Shown: positions 1 through 8,443 of the stretch, piece by piece
Layout of the letters: each line of letters starts with the position of its first letter
Numbering within the stretch: the first letter of the stretch is position 1
Source of the DNA: an uncultured Syntrophaceae bacterium
GTDB lineage: Bacteria > Desulfobacterota > BSN033 > UBA1163
NCBI GenBank assembly: GCA_964570075.1
Contig: CAZMWF010000029.1
Span: 3,290-35,289, forward strand
Reading direction: 5' to 3'
Length of the DNA stretch: 32,000 nt
Notes under the pieces: model-generated
Told to the model about the DNA's origin: nothing
The model's database searches: none
Seen by the model: the letters and a program-made list of their open reading frames with translations, nothing else
Program-made: the position numbers and the translations under genes

Positions 1-875
1 ATGACCTGTTTTTGAGTATAGGTGCAACAGACAGATGAACAGTAGCTATGGCCCCCTGGAATCACTTGTCTTGAACCCACACATTGAATCCATGCGAGTT
101 TGTGAGGGTGTTTCAGATCAGAGGTTCGTCGAATCTCGCCCTCATAAGGTCCCGTCGAGCTCAAAATCCGTTCATAGTCCATACTCGTCACGACATTGGC
201 CATCCTTCCATAACCATATTCATTTCGGATCTTGGGATTAAACGGTTCAAACCCCAGAGCCAGAACGATGGCTCCTACCTTCATTTCGAGTTTCTCTTCC
301 AGGGTTGAAAAATCGATGGCCTTCTTTTCACAGACGGCTTCACAGATTCGACATTTTTTCTCTTTCAGATAGAGGCAGTTTTCATCGATATAGGTAATTA
401 ATGGAATGGCCTGAGAAAAGTAGATATGGATCGCCTTATTTCGGGAGATCTCTTGATTAAAAGGATCAGGAATCTTCACAGGACAGTATTCGACACAGGT
501 CATACAACCGGTGCATCGGCTTTCGATCACGTATCGAGGCTTCTTCCTTAGGGTCACCCTAAAGTCTCCTGCCTCTCCTTCTACCCGATCTACCTCTGTG
601 TAAGTGATGACTTCAATATTGGGATGCCGGCCGACCTCGACCAGTTTGGGCGAAAGAATTCAGATGGAGCATTCATTCGTAGGAAAGGTCTTATCCAGTT
701 GAGCCATATGGCCGCCAATGGAGGGAGCCTTATCCACCAGATAGACCTTAAACCCCGAATTGGCAAGATCGAGCGAGGCCTGAACGCCACTGATCCCTCC
801 GCCAATTACCATCACGTCGCCGAAATTCTTCGTGGCCAGGGTTTTAAATAACTCTGAAAGTCTTTCGGTTTCCAC
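1..875 (-). CDS. HdrA-like FAD/[4Fe-4S] oxidoreductase (BamE-like); the 3' end runs off the window; in-frame TGA at 660-662 predicted to encode selenocysteine
   Basis: GTG start at 873-875, preceded by GAGGG. The N-terminus reads VMVIGGGISGVQASLDLANSGFKVYLVDKAPSIGGHMAQLDKTFPTNECSI, followed by TGA. My manual translation shows the same frame stays open down to nt 3: ILSPKLVEVGRHPNIEV...RCTGCMTCVEYCP...CRICEAVCEKKAI...WIQCVGSRQ...YCSSVCCTYTQKQV. These are the classic HdrA dinucleotide-binding and Cys-cluster motifs. Confidence 0.88.
627..644 (-). other. Candidate bacterial SECIS hairpin downstream of the in-frame UGA
   Basis: mRNA 5'-CUGGUCG AGGU CGGCCGG-3'. It forms a 7-bp stem (5 Watson-Crick and 2 G-U pairs) with apical loop AGGU. 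The stem starts 15 nt after the UGA, and GG/U in the loop is typical of bacterial SECIS. Folded by eye only. Confidence 0.45.
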
Positions 876-909
876 TTTTCTTTGCCCTCATTCAATGGGA
901 TAGGATTCT

Positions 910-2064
910 TTAAATGACCTCCCGCAGGATTTCGGTGATATCCTTGATCTCCAATCCTTCGCATTCCTTTAGAATGGATTTGCTATCCTCAAATTGGGTA
1001 ATACAATAGGGACAGGCCGTCACCAACACCTCTGCCCCTATGCTTGAGGCCTGTTGGAGTCGAAGGTCGGAGAATCGTTCTCCTTTTGCCGTCTCCATCC
1101 AGATCCGACCTCCTCCCATTCCACAGCAGAGACTGTTCTCCTTTGAATCGGGCATCTCCATGAATTGAAGACCTGGAATCCTCTTCAGGAGTTCTCGGGG
1201 TTCTTCATAAATTCCATTATGCCGTCCTAAATAGCAGGGATCATGGTAAGTGACTCTCTTCCTAAATTCCTTGGTGATCTCAAGTCTCCCTTCTCTTATC
1301 AATTCAAATAAATACTGAGAGATATGGATTACCTCGAAATTCGCTTTGAATTCGGTATAATCGTTTTTGAAGGTGTGATAACAATGGGGGGAAGAGGTAA
1401 GAATTTTCTTTACTCCATGATCAATAAATGTCTTGATGTTCTCGCGGGCCAGGCGCTTGAATAACTCTTCGTTTCCTGAGGCACGGACGCTCTCTCCACA
1501 GCAATTCTCCTTGGAACCCAGCAACCCAAAATCGACCCCGGCCTTTTGAAGGAGTTCACCAGTAGCCTGAGCGACCTTCTTTAATCTGGGTTCATAGCTG
1601 GGATAGCAACACGGGAAGTAGAGAAGATCCGTTCCTTCGGTGAAGGCCTTTATCGAAAGCGCTTCCGCCCACTCGGCCCGATCTTTCTCCTGTCGAAAGG
1701 GATTTCCCACACTGGCAATACTGGTCATCACGCTTCGAAGGTTTGGAATGCTGGCAGGGACGACGCCATCAGGAACCAAGATCCTTCGCATCGCCCTCAT
1801 TACATCGATGATCTTTACTCCTCGGGGGCATTGCTGAACACAGTTTCGACAGGTCGTACAAAGCCAAAGATCCTCCGACTCAAAAGGGACCAGACCGAGT
1901 TGACCCTGATGCATCAACTGTCGAATAAAAAATTTTCTGACACGATTCCAGGGGCAAACCGTATCACACTTTCCACATTGATAGCAGAACTTGAGCGCTT
2001 CTCCTCCTGCCTCTTTAATCCCATCGATAACCACTTTATAGGGGGTTAGGGGAATGGTCTCCAT
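910..2064 (-). CDS. HdrD-like Fe-S oxidoreductase with two 4Fe-4S motifs and two CCG domains (BamD-like)
   Basis: Motifs CYQCGKCDTVCP and CTTCRNCVQQCP are present. The two CCG-domain signatures are FPCC...NCCGES and DPCYLGR...LCCGMGGG...ACPYC. Length is 384 aa. Confidence 0.85.
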   Translation of the reverse strand: METIPLTPYKVVIDGIKEAGGEALKFCYQCGKCDTVCPWNRVRKFFIRQLMHQGQLGLVPFESEDLWLCTTCRNCVQQCPRGVKIIDVMRAMRRILVPDGVVPASIPNLRSVMTSIASVGNPFRQEKDRAEWAEALSIKAFTEGTDLLYFPCCYPSYEPRLKKVAQATGELLQKAGVDFGLLGSKENCCGESVRASGNEELFKRLARENIKTFIDHGVKKILTSSPHCYHTFKNDYTEFKANFEVIHISQYLFELIREGRLEITKEFRKRVTYHDPCYLGRHNGIYEEPRELLKRIPGLQFMEMPDSKENSLCCGMGGGRIWMETAKGERFSDLRLQQASSIGAEVLVTACPYCITQFEDSKSILKECEGLEIKDITEILREVI

Positions 2065-2131
2065 CCTCTTTTCCTATCCTCTTCTTTCTAAATTCACTCC
2101 ACCTCCCTCTCTCTTCAATGAAAGGGAAAGG

Positions 2132-2683
2132 CTATTCTTTCTGAACCATTCGGGCCATGGTATCAATCACCTTCTGTCTTCCATACTTATCGATCAGGGA
2201 TTCCAATCCGGTCTCCAGTTCCTTGAGTTCTTCCTCCTCTTCGACTTCCTCCTCCCTCTCTTCATACACGAGGGCATCGTTCAGGCACCACTGGACACAC
2301 ATGGGTTCGGAAAGAGGAGGTTCTTCCTCACACATATCACATTTGAGGGGAAGTTTGGAATCGGGCTCTTTGAAGAGATCTCTGGAAGGGCAGGAGGCCC
2401 CGCAGAAGGCACATTCAATATATTCCTTCCCATCCATGATATATTTGTTTCTGCCCGCGCATTCGGCCGGTGTATATTCACTCGCATACACCGGGAGATA
2501 GATGTTCTTTAGGGGATCAAAATGGACCTGGATTCGAGACCTGGAAGGATTATTACTTCCATATTTAGGCTGGGCATGAAAAGCAGAGCAGATGACCTCA
2601 CAGGCCCGACATCCATTGCATTTGTCTACATCTATCTTGATCACCTTCACCTTTCTTTTTTTCTTCTCGTTCTTCTCACTCAT
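2132..2683 (-). CDS. Poly-[4Fe-4S] ferredoxin-like electron-transfer subunit of the AOR-family enzyme (BamC-like)
   Basis: Cys motifs CNGCRACEVIC, CAFCGASCP and CDMCEE...CVQWC are present, followed by an acidic C-terminal tail. An RBS (GAAGGGTGAA) lies upstream. It sits immediately downstream of the AOR gene. Confidence 0.8.
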   Translation of the reverse strand: MSEKNEKKKRKVKVIKIDVDKCNGCRACEVICSAFHAQPKYGSNNPSRSRIQVHFDPLKNIYLPVYASEYTPAECAGRNKYIMDGKEYIECAFCGASCPSRDLFKEPDSKLPLKCDMCEEEPPLSEPMCVQWCLNDALVYEEREEEVEEEEELKELETGLESLIDKYGRQKVIDTMARMVQKE

Positions 2684-2722
2684 CGCCGTCGTTCACCCTT
2701 CTGATAGGATTTCATAGGAACG

Positions 2723-4705
2723 CTATGAAGACTCCCCGGAATCTCTTAGGATCCCTCTTCGAATGAATTCTTCACGGACATAGTCCAAACCCAATTTGTG
2801 GAGGGTCTCTTTCGTGGGAATTCCCCTTTCATCCCATCCCTTAAATCGATAATACTCTTCCAGAAGCTTGGCCTCATATTCAGGGAACCTCTTCTTCCAG
2901 TGATCGTCCGGGGGACGTTCATCTTCCTTCTTTAATCCCCTCAAGATATTAATCGCTCGAACCAGATTTCGATTCCGACTGGCAATGGTCCATAGTTTAT
3001 CCTCATCCATCTCTAAACCGGCAGCGTAGGAGATGATAAAGGGTAAGTTATGGATGTGATAAGGAGGTTTAATAGGAAAGGAGGAGAGCCCTGCACAGAT
3101 TCCAAGGGAGTCATCGATATAGTGCATGATCTCCTGCCAGTCCACGAGTTCACAGGCAACATCAATCGAGGGATAGTAAGGAAAAGCAGTTCCCGGCTCT
3201 CCCCAATCTAAAATAAATCGTTTAAACTTTTCCTCTTTTCCTGTCGGAATATGGATCCAGTCTTTCACAAACTCTTCTCTCTCCTCCCGAGTTGAAAATG
3301 GGGCCTGGGGAATCTGTCCTTCGATCTGAGTAATATTGATCTTTTCACCTGTGGACCACATCAGATAATAGATGGGATTGGTCACCCCCAATTTAATCGG
3401 AACCTGTTCATGTTTCTTGATCGTATTGTGATCGTAAGCCTCTGCCCCCTTTCCAATCTTTCGGGCAGCCCAATAGACGCCATCTGCCAACACATCTCCG
3501 ATCCCTTCCCTTCTTACAATTCGATCCAGAAGCCAATTGAACCTTCCTTCGATATCCTCTGGCATTCCCGAAAGATCTTCATCCGTCAAAATCCCGGCCT
3601 CATAAAGCTCGAGAGCAAAGGCCAATACCTGAGGGGTGGTAAACCCATCCACTCCATAATGCTGAGCCCTGGCCGCAATCTTTAAACCAAATTCAAGATC
3701 ATCGACCATAGCGGCCATCGTATAGGTAAGTTTTGAGAAACATTTCATGATGTAGGGGGGATGTCCTGGAAGGTGAATGATCCCTGCGCATCGAACCGGA
3801 CAGTTATAACAGCTGATCAACCGCTTTCTTGCCCTCTCGAGAGCATCCGCCCACATCTTCTCTACTTCCTTATTCCAGAAACCTTTTCTTCGATGTCGAG
3901 CATGTCCCCAAGCAAAACTGATGGTGTGCCATTCCTCATCGTGAAGGGCCATTTCTTGAGGAGAACCAATTCGAGCTAAAATGGGAGGAACTCCTGGAAG
4001 GGGATTATTTAATCGATGTTGGATGTACCTTAGGATCTCGTTGCAAGCCTCCACTAATTCAGCGGGTTTTGCAACCCTTACGTCTTTGGTTCCACGAACG
4101 GCGATGGCCTTTAATTTTTTGCTCCCCATGATCGCGCCCAGCCCCAATCGGCTGGCACTCCCCCGATGGGTCTCGATGGAAGCGAAATAGACCCTGTTTT
4201 CACCTGCAAGCCCGATAGACATGACCTGAGCCCTGGGTTCCTTTAATTCCTCTTTTATCTGTTCGGCTGTCTCATAGGTGCTTTTACCCTGCAGGTGAGT
4301 CGCATCCCGTATCTCCACCTTATCATTATTGATCCACAGATAGACCCAATCGGGGGATTTTCCACGAATGATGACCTTATCATAACCCGCATACTTCAAC
4401 TCAGGTGCCCAGAACCCACCCACCATCGAGAAGGCCATTAAAAGAGTTTGAGGAGAAATAGAAGAAATAATGGTTCGATTGGCTCCGGGCACAGGGGTTC
4501 CACCTAAAAGTCCACTGCTAAAAATCAGGAGATTCTCCGGTGAAAAAGGCTCTATCTCGGGCGGAACCCTATCCCATAAAATCTTGGCATTGGTTCCGAG
4601 GCCTCCAAGATGAAGTTCTGTATCTTTAGGATCCGTACTCACCCTCTCAATATTCCCACTTGAAAGGTCAACCTCTAAATTAAAACCCGTCTCTCCATAC
4701 CTCAT
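2723..4705 (-). CDS. Tungsten/molybdopterin aldehyde:ferredoxin oxidoreductase family protein, BamB-like (putative catalytic subunit of a class II benzoyl-CoA reductase-type enzyme)
   Basis: Length is 660 aa. The AOR N-terminal domain reads LEVDLSSGNIERV...LGGLGTNAKILWDRV. The [4Fe-4S] motif is CYNCPVRC, and GIGDVLADG is present. An RBS (AAGGGAGAA) lies upstream. BamB assignment rests on length, the N-terminus and synteny with the next three genes. Confidence 0.85.
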   Translation of the reverse strand: MRYGETGFNLEVDLSSGNIERVSTDPKDTELHLGGLGTNAKILWDRVPPEIEPFSPENLLIFSSGLLGGTPVPGANRTIISSISPQTLLMAFSMVGGFWAPELKYAGYDKVIIRGKSPDWVYLWINNDKVEIRDATHLQGKSTYETAEQIKEELKEPRAQVMSIGLAGENRVYFASIETHRGSASRLGLGAIMGSKKLKAIAVRGTKDVRVAKPAELVEACNEILRYIQHRLNNPLPGVPPILARIGSPQEMALHDEEWHTISFAWGHARHRRKGFWNKEVEKMWADALERARKRLISCYNCPVRCAGIIHLPGHPPYIMKCFSKLTYTMAAMVDDLEFGLKIAARAQHYGVDGFTTPQVLAFALELYEAGILTDEDLSGMPEDIEGRFNWLLDRIVRREGIGDVLADGVYWAARKIGKGAEAYDHNTIKKHEQVPIKLGVTNPIYYLMWSTGEKINITQIEGQIPQAPFSTREEREEFVKDWIHIPTGKEEKFKRFILDWGEPGTAFPYYPSIDVACELVDWQEIMHYIDDSLGICAGLSSFPIKPPYHIHNLPFIISYAAGLEMDEDKLWTIASRNRNLVRAINILRGLKKEDERPPDDHWKKRFPEYEAKLLEEYYRFKGWDERGIPTKETLHKLGLDYVREEFIRRGILRDSGESS

Positions 4706-4729
4706 TGTTATATTCTCCCTTGATTTACT

Positions 4730-4743
4730 TGTGAATATTTACA
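4730..4743. promoter_or_regulatory. Near-palindrome TGTGAATATTTACA, a candidate operator at the bamB-like promoter
   Basis: A 14-bp inverted repeat with one mismatched pair. It lies just downstream of the candidate -10 box and about 25 nt upstream of the bamB-like ATG. Confidence 0.3.
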
Positions 4744-4749
4744 CTTGAC

Positions 4750-4778
4750 TTTATATAATAAATAAAAGCTCTTCTCAA
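4750..4778 (-). promoter_or_regulatory. Candidate sigma70-type promoter for the bamB-like operon
   Basis: The minus strand reads TTGAGA-N17-TATAAA. The plus-strand equivalents are tctcaa at 4773-4778 and tttata at 4750-4755. Confidence 0.35.
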
Positions 4779-4882
4779 GAAAAAAATGAATCGATTCTAA
4801 AAATTTTTTCTTTGCTTCTCTTTTATTAAAAATTCCTGAATTATTTCAAAATATTACAAAGAGTGAAATCCCCAAAAAAGAG

Positions 4883-5368
4883 TTAATCTAAATGTTTTCT
4901 AAGATTAATAAAAGGAGAACGGTCAAATCCTATCGCCTTGAAAAAAGAAAGCATATCCCCGGCATCCCAGCGGACAGAGGTGTGAATATCGTGTATCCCT
5001 TTCTTTTTAAAAAAGGAAAAGAGTTTTTCGGCTAAGAGGCGACCAATTCCTATCCCCATCTGTCGTGGATGAACCCCTACAACCTCAATCCATCCGCTCT
5101 GCTCGAGACCAAATCCTTCCCCTTTTATCTCTCCGATGATAAACCCTACGATCTCACCATCCTTTATCGCCACGAATCCGACTCCCTGTTGTTTTTTGAA
5201 ATGGTCCCTTACCATCTGAATCCATTTCTTTGAGACTTTTTTCTTCAGGATGGCTTCCTGAATGGAAACAATCGCAGAGACATCTTCTGATCTAATCTTG
5301 CGGATGCGGAATCCTTTCCCCATAGGTTTTAATCGATTCGAATGATTTTGACCCTTTTCCCCACCCAT
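4883..5368 (-). CDS. GNAT-family N-acetyltransferase
   Basis: The acetyl-CoA binding core reads VVGVHPRQMGIGIGRLLAEKL. A likely alternative start is the ATG at 5321-5323 (MGKGFRIRKI...), 5 nt after the upstream stop. The longest start, at 5368, would overlap the upstream gene by 40 nt. Confidence 0.8.
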   Translation of the reverse strand: MGGEKGQNHSNRLKPMGKGFRIRKIRSEDVSAIVSIQEAILKKKVSKKWIQMVRDHFKKQQGVGFVAIKDGEIVGFIIGEIKGEGFGLEQSGWIEVVGVHPRQMGIGIGRLLAEKLFSFFKKKGIHDIHTSVRWDAGDMLSFFKAIGFDRSPFINLRKHLD

Positions 5369-5514
5369 TCTGGAGGCAGATAGACTCGCCCACTATTTCC
5401 GCTCTGCTTCACTTCCTTCTCGATCATCTCCTCCCCGTAGACTTCGAACTTAGACTTATTGGAAAGACTAAGGGAAGAAACAAGATCGATCTTAGACCCC
5501 TTCTTTTTAGGCAT
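5329..5514 (-). CDS. Small AbrB/SpoVT-like protein resembling the DUF2080 'transposon-associated' family
   Basis: Length is 61 aa. The C-terminal motif is GNSGRVYLPPEWVGKRVKIIRI. It is tightly coupled to the GNAT gene and has a good promoter upstream. The family call is from memory of the motif only. Confidence 0.55.
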   Translation of the reverse strand: MPKKKGSKIDLVSSLSLSNKSKFEVYGEEMIEKEVKQSGNSGRVYLPPEWVGKRVKIIRID

Positions 5515-5562
5515 GCCCGAATTAAAATAGCTATAATTTAATCATTAAATAACTTTAATTTC

Positions 5563-5592
5563 ACTATACTATAACTTCTCCCTCCTGTCAAC
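5563..5592 (-). promoter_or_regulatory. Candidate sigma70 promoter for the small-ORF/GNAT pair
   Basis: The minus strand reads TTGACA (5587-5592), an 18-nt spacer, then TATAGT (5563-5568). It lies about 45 nt upstream of the ATG at 5514. Confidence 0.45.
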
Positions 5593-5784
5593 CCCTCCTC
5601 CCTACTTACTCCACCTCTCTCCCGAACCCTCTCAGAGCATCCGTAAACAATTTAACTTTTGAACGTCCCCATTCGAAGGGTTTGGAACCTTACTTCCCCA
5701 ATCTTCCAAGGACTTTTTCAAAGGTCCCATCTTAAGAATTAGGAGTTGGTAAAAAAAGTCCTGATATCTTAAAATGATTCAAAC

Positions 5785-6846
5785 ATGTTTATGGAGAAAA
5801 GAATCCTGGGTAGAACAGGATGGAAAATCTCAACCATTGGATTCGGGGCTATCAAATTGCCAAAAATCTCTCAGAAAGAATGTAACCTCCTTCTTAATCA
5901 AGCCCTGGATCTTGGCATCAACTTTATCGATACAGCGGATTGTTACGGGGATAGTGAAGAGAAGATAGGAAATGCTTTAAGGGAGAGAAGAAAGGAGTTT
6001 TATCTCTCAACAAAAATTGATGAGAGAGATCGCTATGGGGTTTCAAAAAAACTCGAGCGGTCTCTTCAACGATTAAGGACAGACTATGTTGATTTAGTCC
6101 TGTTCCATGATGTTCGGGAATCCGAATACGAAAGGCTATTTAAAGAAGGGGGCCTCATCGCTTTACAGAAGGCCCAAAAAGAAGGGAAACTCAGAGAAAT
6201 TGGGATCAGCATTCATCATTCTCTTTCTCTCATGAGAAAGGCAATCGAATCTGGATATTTCTCTGCTCTCATGATTGCCTACAGTCCGATTGATGAGGAT
6301 CGTCTCACCTCAGACCTCATTCCCTTTGCCCACCGAAACGGGGTTGGATTAATTGCAATGAAGCCCCTTGCGGGAGGAAAGCTGGGAGAAGGGGTAGGAT
6401 GGAATAGAAAGCTTTTTAGGGGAGAGAGTTCCGCTCAAATCTCTCTTCGGTATATCCTTACCAATCCCTATCTCACCTGTGCGATTCCCGGGATGACCAA
6501 TCTAAACGAATTAAAAGAAAATGTTTCTGTAAGTAAAAACCCAAGGGCTCTCTCTCCTGAAGAGATTCGAAACCTCATGGATTGGGTAGGAGGAATTGGA
6601 AAAGGCTTCTGCAGAAATTGTGGCTACTGCCTCCCTTGCCCCGAAGGAATTCCTATCCCGGATATATTCCGCCTCGACGCCTATGCCTTTCAATATGGGA
6701 TGAAATCCTGGGCTGAAGAACAATATCGCAACCTCTCTGTAAAAGGAGAAAGCTGCACCTCATGTCAACAGTGTCTTTCGCGCTGTCCTTATGAGGTCTC
6801 AATTCCCGAACGGTTAAAAGAAGTCCATAAAAATTTATTCGCTTAA
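5785..6846 (+). CDS. Aldo/keto reductase with a C-terminal Cys-rich (4Fe-4S-type) extension
   Basis: The AKR N-terminus reads RILGRTGWKISTIGFGA...GINFIDTADCYG...DYVDLVLFHD. The C-terminus carries CRNCGYCLPCP and CTSCQQCLSRCP. The start could be ATG 5785 or ATG 5791. Confidence 0.85.
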   Translation: MFMEKRILGRTGWKISTIGFGAIKLPKISQKECNLLLNQALDLGINFIDTADCYGDSEEKIGNALRERRKEFYLSTKIDERDRYGVSKKLERSLQRLRTDYVDLVLFHDVRESEYERLFKEGGLIALQKAQKEGKLREIGISIHHSLSLMRKAIESGYFSALMIAYSPIDEDRLTSDLIPFAHRNGVGLIAMKPLAGGKLGEGVGWNRKLFRGESSAQISLRYILTNPYLTCAIPGMTNLNELKENVSVSKNPRALSPEEIRNLMDWVGGIGKGFCRNCGYCLPCPEGIPIPDIFRLDAYAFQYGMKSWAEEQYRNLSVKGESCTSCQQCLSRCPYEVSIPERLKEVHKNLFA

Positions 6847-6872
6847 GAAATGCTCTTTAAATCTTAAATGGT

Positions 6873-6908
6873 AAAAAATAAAAAAGCAGGGAACCCTCAA
6901 AACCCTGC
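6873..6908 (-). terminator. Rho-independent terminator for the 78-aa gene
   Basis: The minus strand forms a GCAGGG...CCCTGC stem (6886-6891 pairing with 6903-6908). It is followed by TTTTTTATTTTTT, the plus-strand A-run at 6873-6885. Confidence 0.6.
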
Positions 6909-6937
6909 CCTCGCCATTTTAAATCTAAATTGAAATT

Positions 6938-7174
6938 TTAATTTTGATTAAATGAGGATTGGTCAAGTTTTAAAATATCCCCAGAATCTTCATCGATTCT
7001 TACTTTGATATAATAAACCTCTTCCCCATTGATACTTCTTCCTAAAATACTCTCCACCCAATGCATAATCGATTTTTCAGTAATTCTCGATGAATCTTTT
7101 CTTCGTTCGGGAAGGATTCCAATGAGCCTGTCCCCTTTTACGGGGTCACGAATATAAAATTCATAAGCTATCAT
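6938..7174 (-). CDS. Hypothetical small protein (78 aa)
   Basis: The ORF has its own downstream terminator. I recognise no motif in it. Confidence 0.45.
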   Translation of the reverse strand: MIAYEFYIRDPVKGDRLIGILPERRKDSSRITEKSIMHWVESILGRSINGEEVYYIKVRIDEDSGDILKLDQSSFNQN

Positions 7175-7609
7175 AGCTAACCTTCTTTATTAAAAAATAA
7201 AAAAATCCTATTTTAATATAGCAAAAATAATGCCATTTCCCAATAAAAGAGGCGATAAGTTCATTTGGTAATTAATTATCTAATTTTATTTGTTTTTTTC
7301 TCTTATTTTTCTCTAAAAAATTTTTTTTAAAAACTTTTAATCATTTAAAGTTTGTAAAGAAATCTGACAGTAACACATATAAAAAAATATATTTTTAAAA
7401 AACAAATCAAAATAATTTGAAATAACAAATAGTTAAAAAGCTTCCCAATAAATCTATGTGCTTCGAAAAAAAGTGTAAAATTTTCCGACAGCCTTTCACT
7501 CACCCAAGCTTCTCGATCTCAATCTCTTAAGAGAATGATCTTGAACTATAAAACTGGATTCTTTTATAAATCGACATTAATATTATCAAAAAGGCCAAAA
7601 ATTAAAGGG

Positions 7610-8443
7610 ATGAAGAAACGTCCAAAAGACTATTATGAGATTCTTGGGGTGAGCCGAAATTCAACTCCTCAGGAGATCAAGGAGGCCTACCGCAAACTTG
7701 CCTTTCGTTACCATCCAGACCGAAATAAAGAAAATCCTAATGCGGTAGAAATGATGAAGGAAATTAATGAGGCCTATGCCGTCCTTTCTGATCCCAAAAA
7801 GAGAAGAGACTATGACCTCCTAAAGGAACAGTATGGTTCTTATGGTTATGAGCGATTCAGACAGAGCTATTCGGAGGAGGATATTTTTAAAGACTCAGAT
7901 ATCTTCCAGATTTTTGAGGAAATGGCCAGGAATTTTGGATTGAGAGGATTTGAAGAGATCTTCCGGAAGTTCAATGGAAAGGGATATCGAAGTTTTGAAA
8001 TCCGAAGACCAGGATTTTTCGGAAGAGGATTTATCTTTTTCGGTAGTGGCTTTGGAGAAGGAAGAGCACGAGAAATCCCGATTTCTTCTGGAATCCTCCC
8101 CGGACTTATGGGGAAATTCCTTCGTTATATTTTGAGGAAAACCTTTGGGTTGAAAGAACCCATTAGGGGAAAAGACATCGAAGGGGTTATCTTTCTCACA
8201 CCCCAACAGGCTATGGAAGGGGGGAAGGGTAAATTTTTCCATCGTAAGAGAGCAAAAGAACTTATTATCACCATTCCTCCTGGGGTCAAGGAGGGTCAAA
8301 AAATTAGACTAAAAGGAATGGGAGAAGAAGGAAGAAATGGAGGAGAGAGTGGAGATCTCTATCTTAAAGTCAAAATCAAGAAGCCCCTCCTTCAAAGATT
8401 AAAAGATCTTTTACATTTTTATAGGTCAACCCTTTCGCTTTAG
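7610..8443 (+). CDS. J-domain co-chaperone (CbpA/DnaJ-like, no zinc-finger region)
   Basis: The J domain reads DYYEILGV...[17 protein letters not shown]-rich stretch ([15 protein letters not shown]) follows, then a DnaJ C-terminal-type segment ([15 protein letters not shown]...IRLKGMGE...[10 protein letters not shown]). The ORF also opens at 7535, but the homologous part begins at ATG 7610. Confidence 0.8.
   Translation: MKKRPKDYYEILGVSRNSTPQEIKEAYRKLAFRYHPDRNKENPNAVEMMKEINEAYAVLSDPKKRRDYDLLKEQYGSYGYERFRQSYSEEDIFKDSDIFQIFEEMARNFGLRGFEEIFRKFNGKGYRSFEIRRPGFFGRGFIFFGSGFGEGRAREIPISSGILPGLMGKFLRYILRKTFGLKEPIRGKDIEGVIFLTPQQAMEGGKGKFFHRKRAKELIITIPPGVKEGQKIRLKGMGEEGRNGGESGDLYLKVKIKKPLLQRLKDLLHFYRSTLSL

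Noticed and set aside
590-851. Two ORFs from the track (590-805 minus strand, 624-851 plus strand) and the idea that the gene at 660-875 is a 71-aa stand-alone protein or a pseudogene fragment
   Set aside because: Both ORFs overlap the HdrA-like reading frame. That frame is continuous and homologous on both sides of a single TGA. One conserved-Cys-to-TGA substitution with a downstream hairpin is better explained by Sec recoding than by decay.
2054-2512. Plus-strand ORFs of 152 aa and 114 aa, antisense to the ferredoxin gene
   Set aside because: They lie antisense to a gene with clear Cys-cluster motifs. Their composition is low-complexity and S/L/F-rich, and they have no RBS. The same reasoning applies to the antisense or alternate-frame ORFs inside the AOR gene, katG, rSAM, CrtI-like, KS, thiolase and ABC genes (for example 3410-3685, 9205-9504, 12088-12396, 14274-14618, 15476-15811, 22124-22411, 26166-26588 and 28455-28862).
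5329-5514. Calling a mobile element because the small protein resembles a 'transposon-associated' DUF2080 family
   Set aside because: No transposase, integrase, terminal inverted repeats or target duplications are visible around it. The family name alone is not evidence of mobility.
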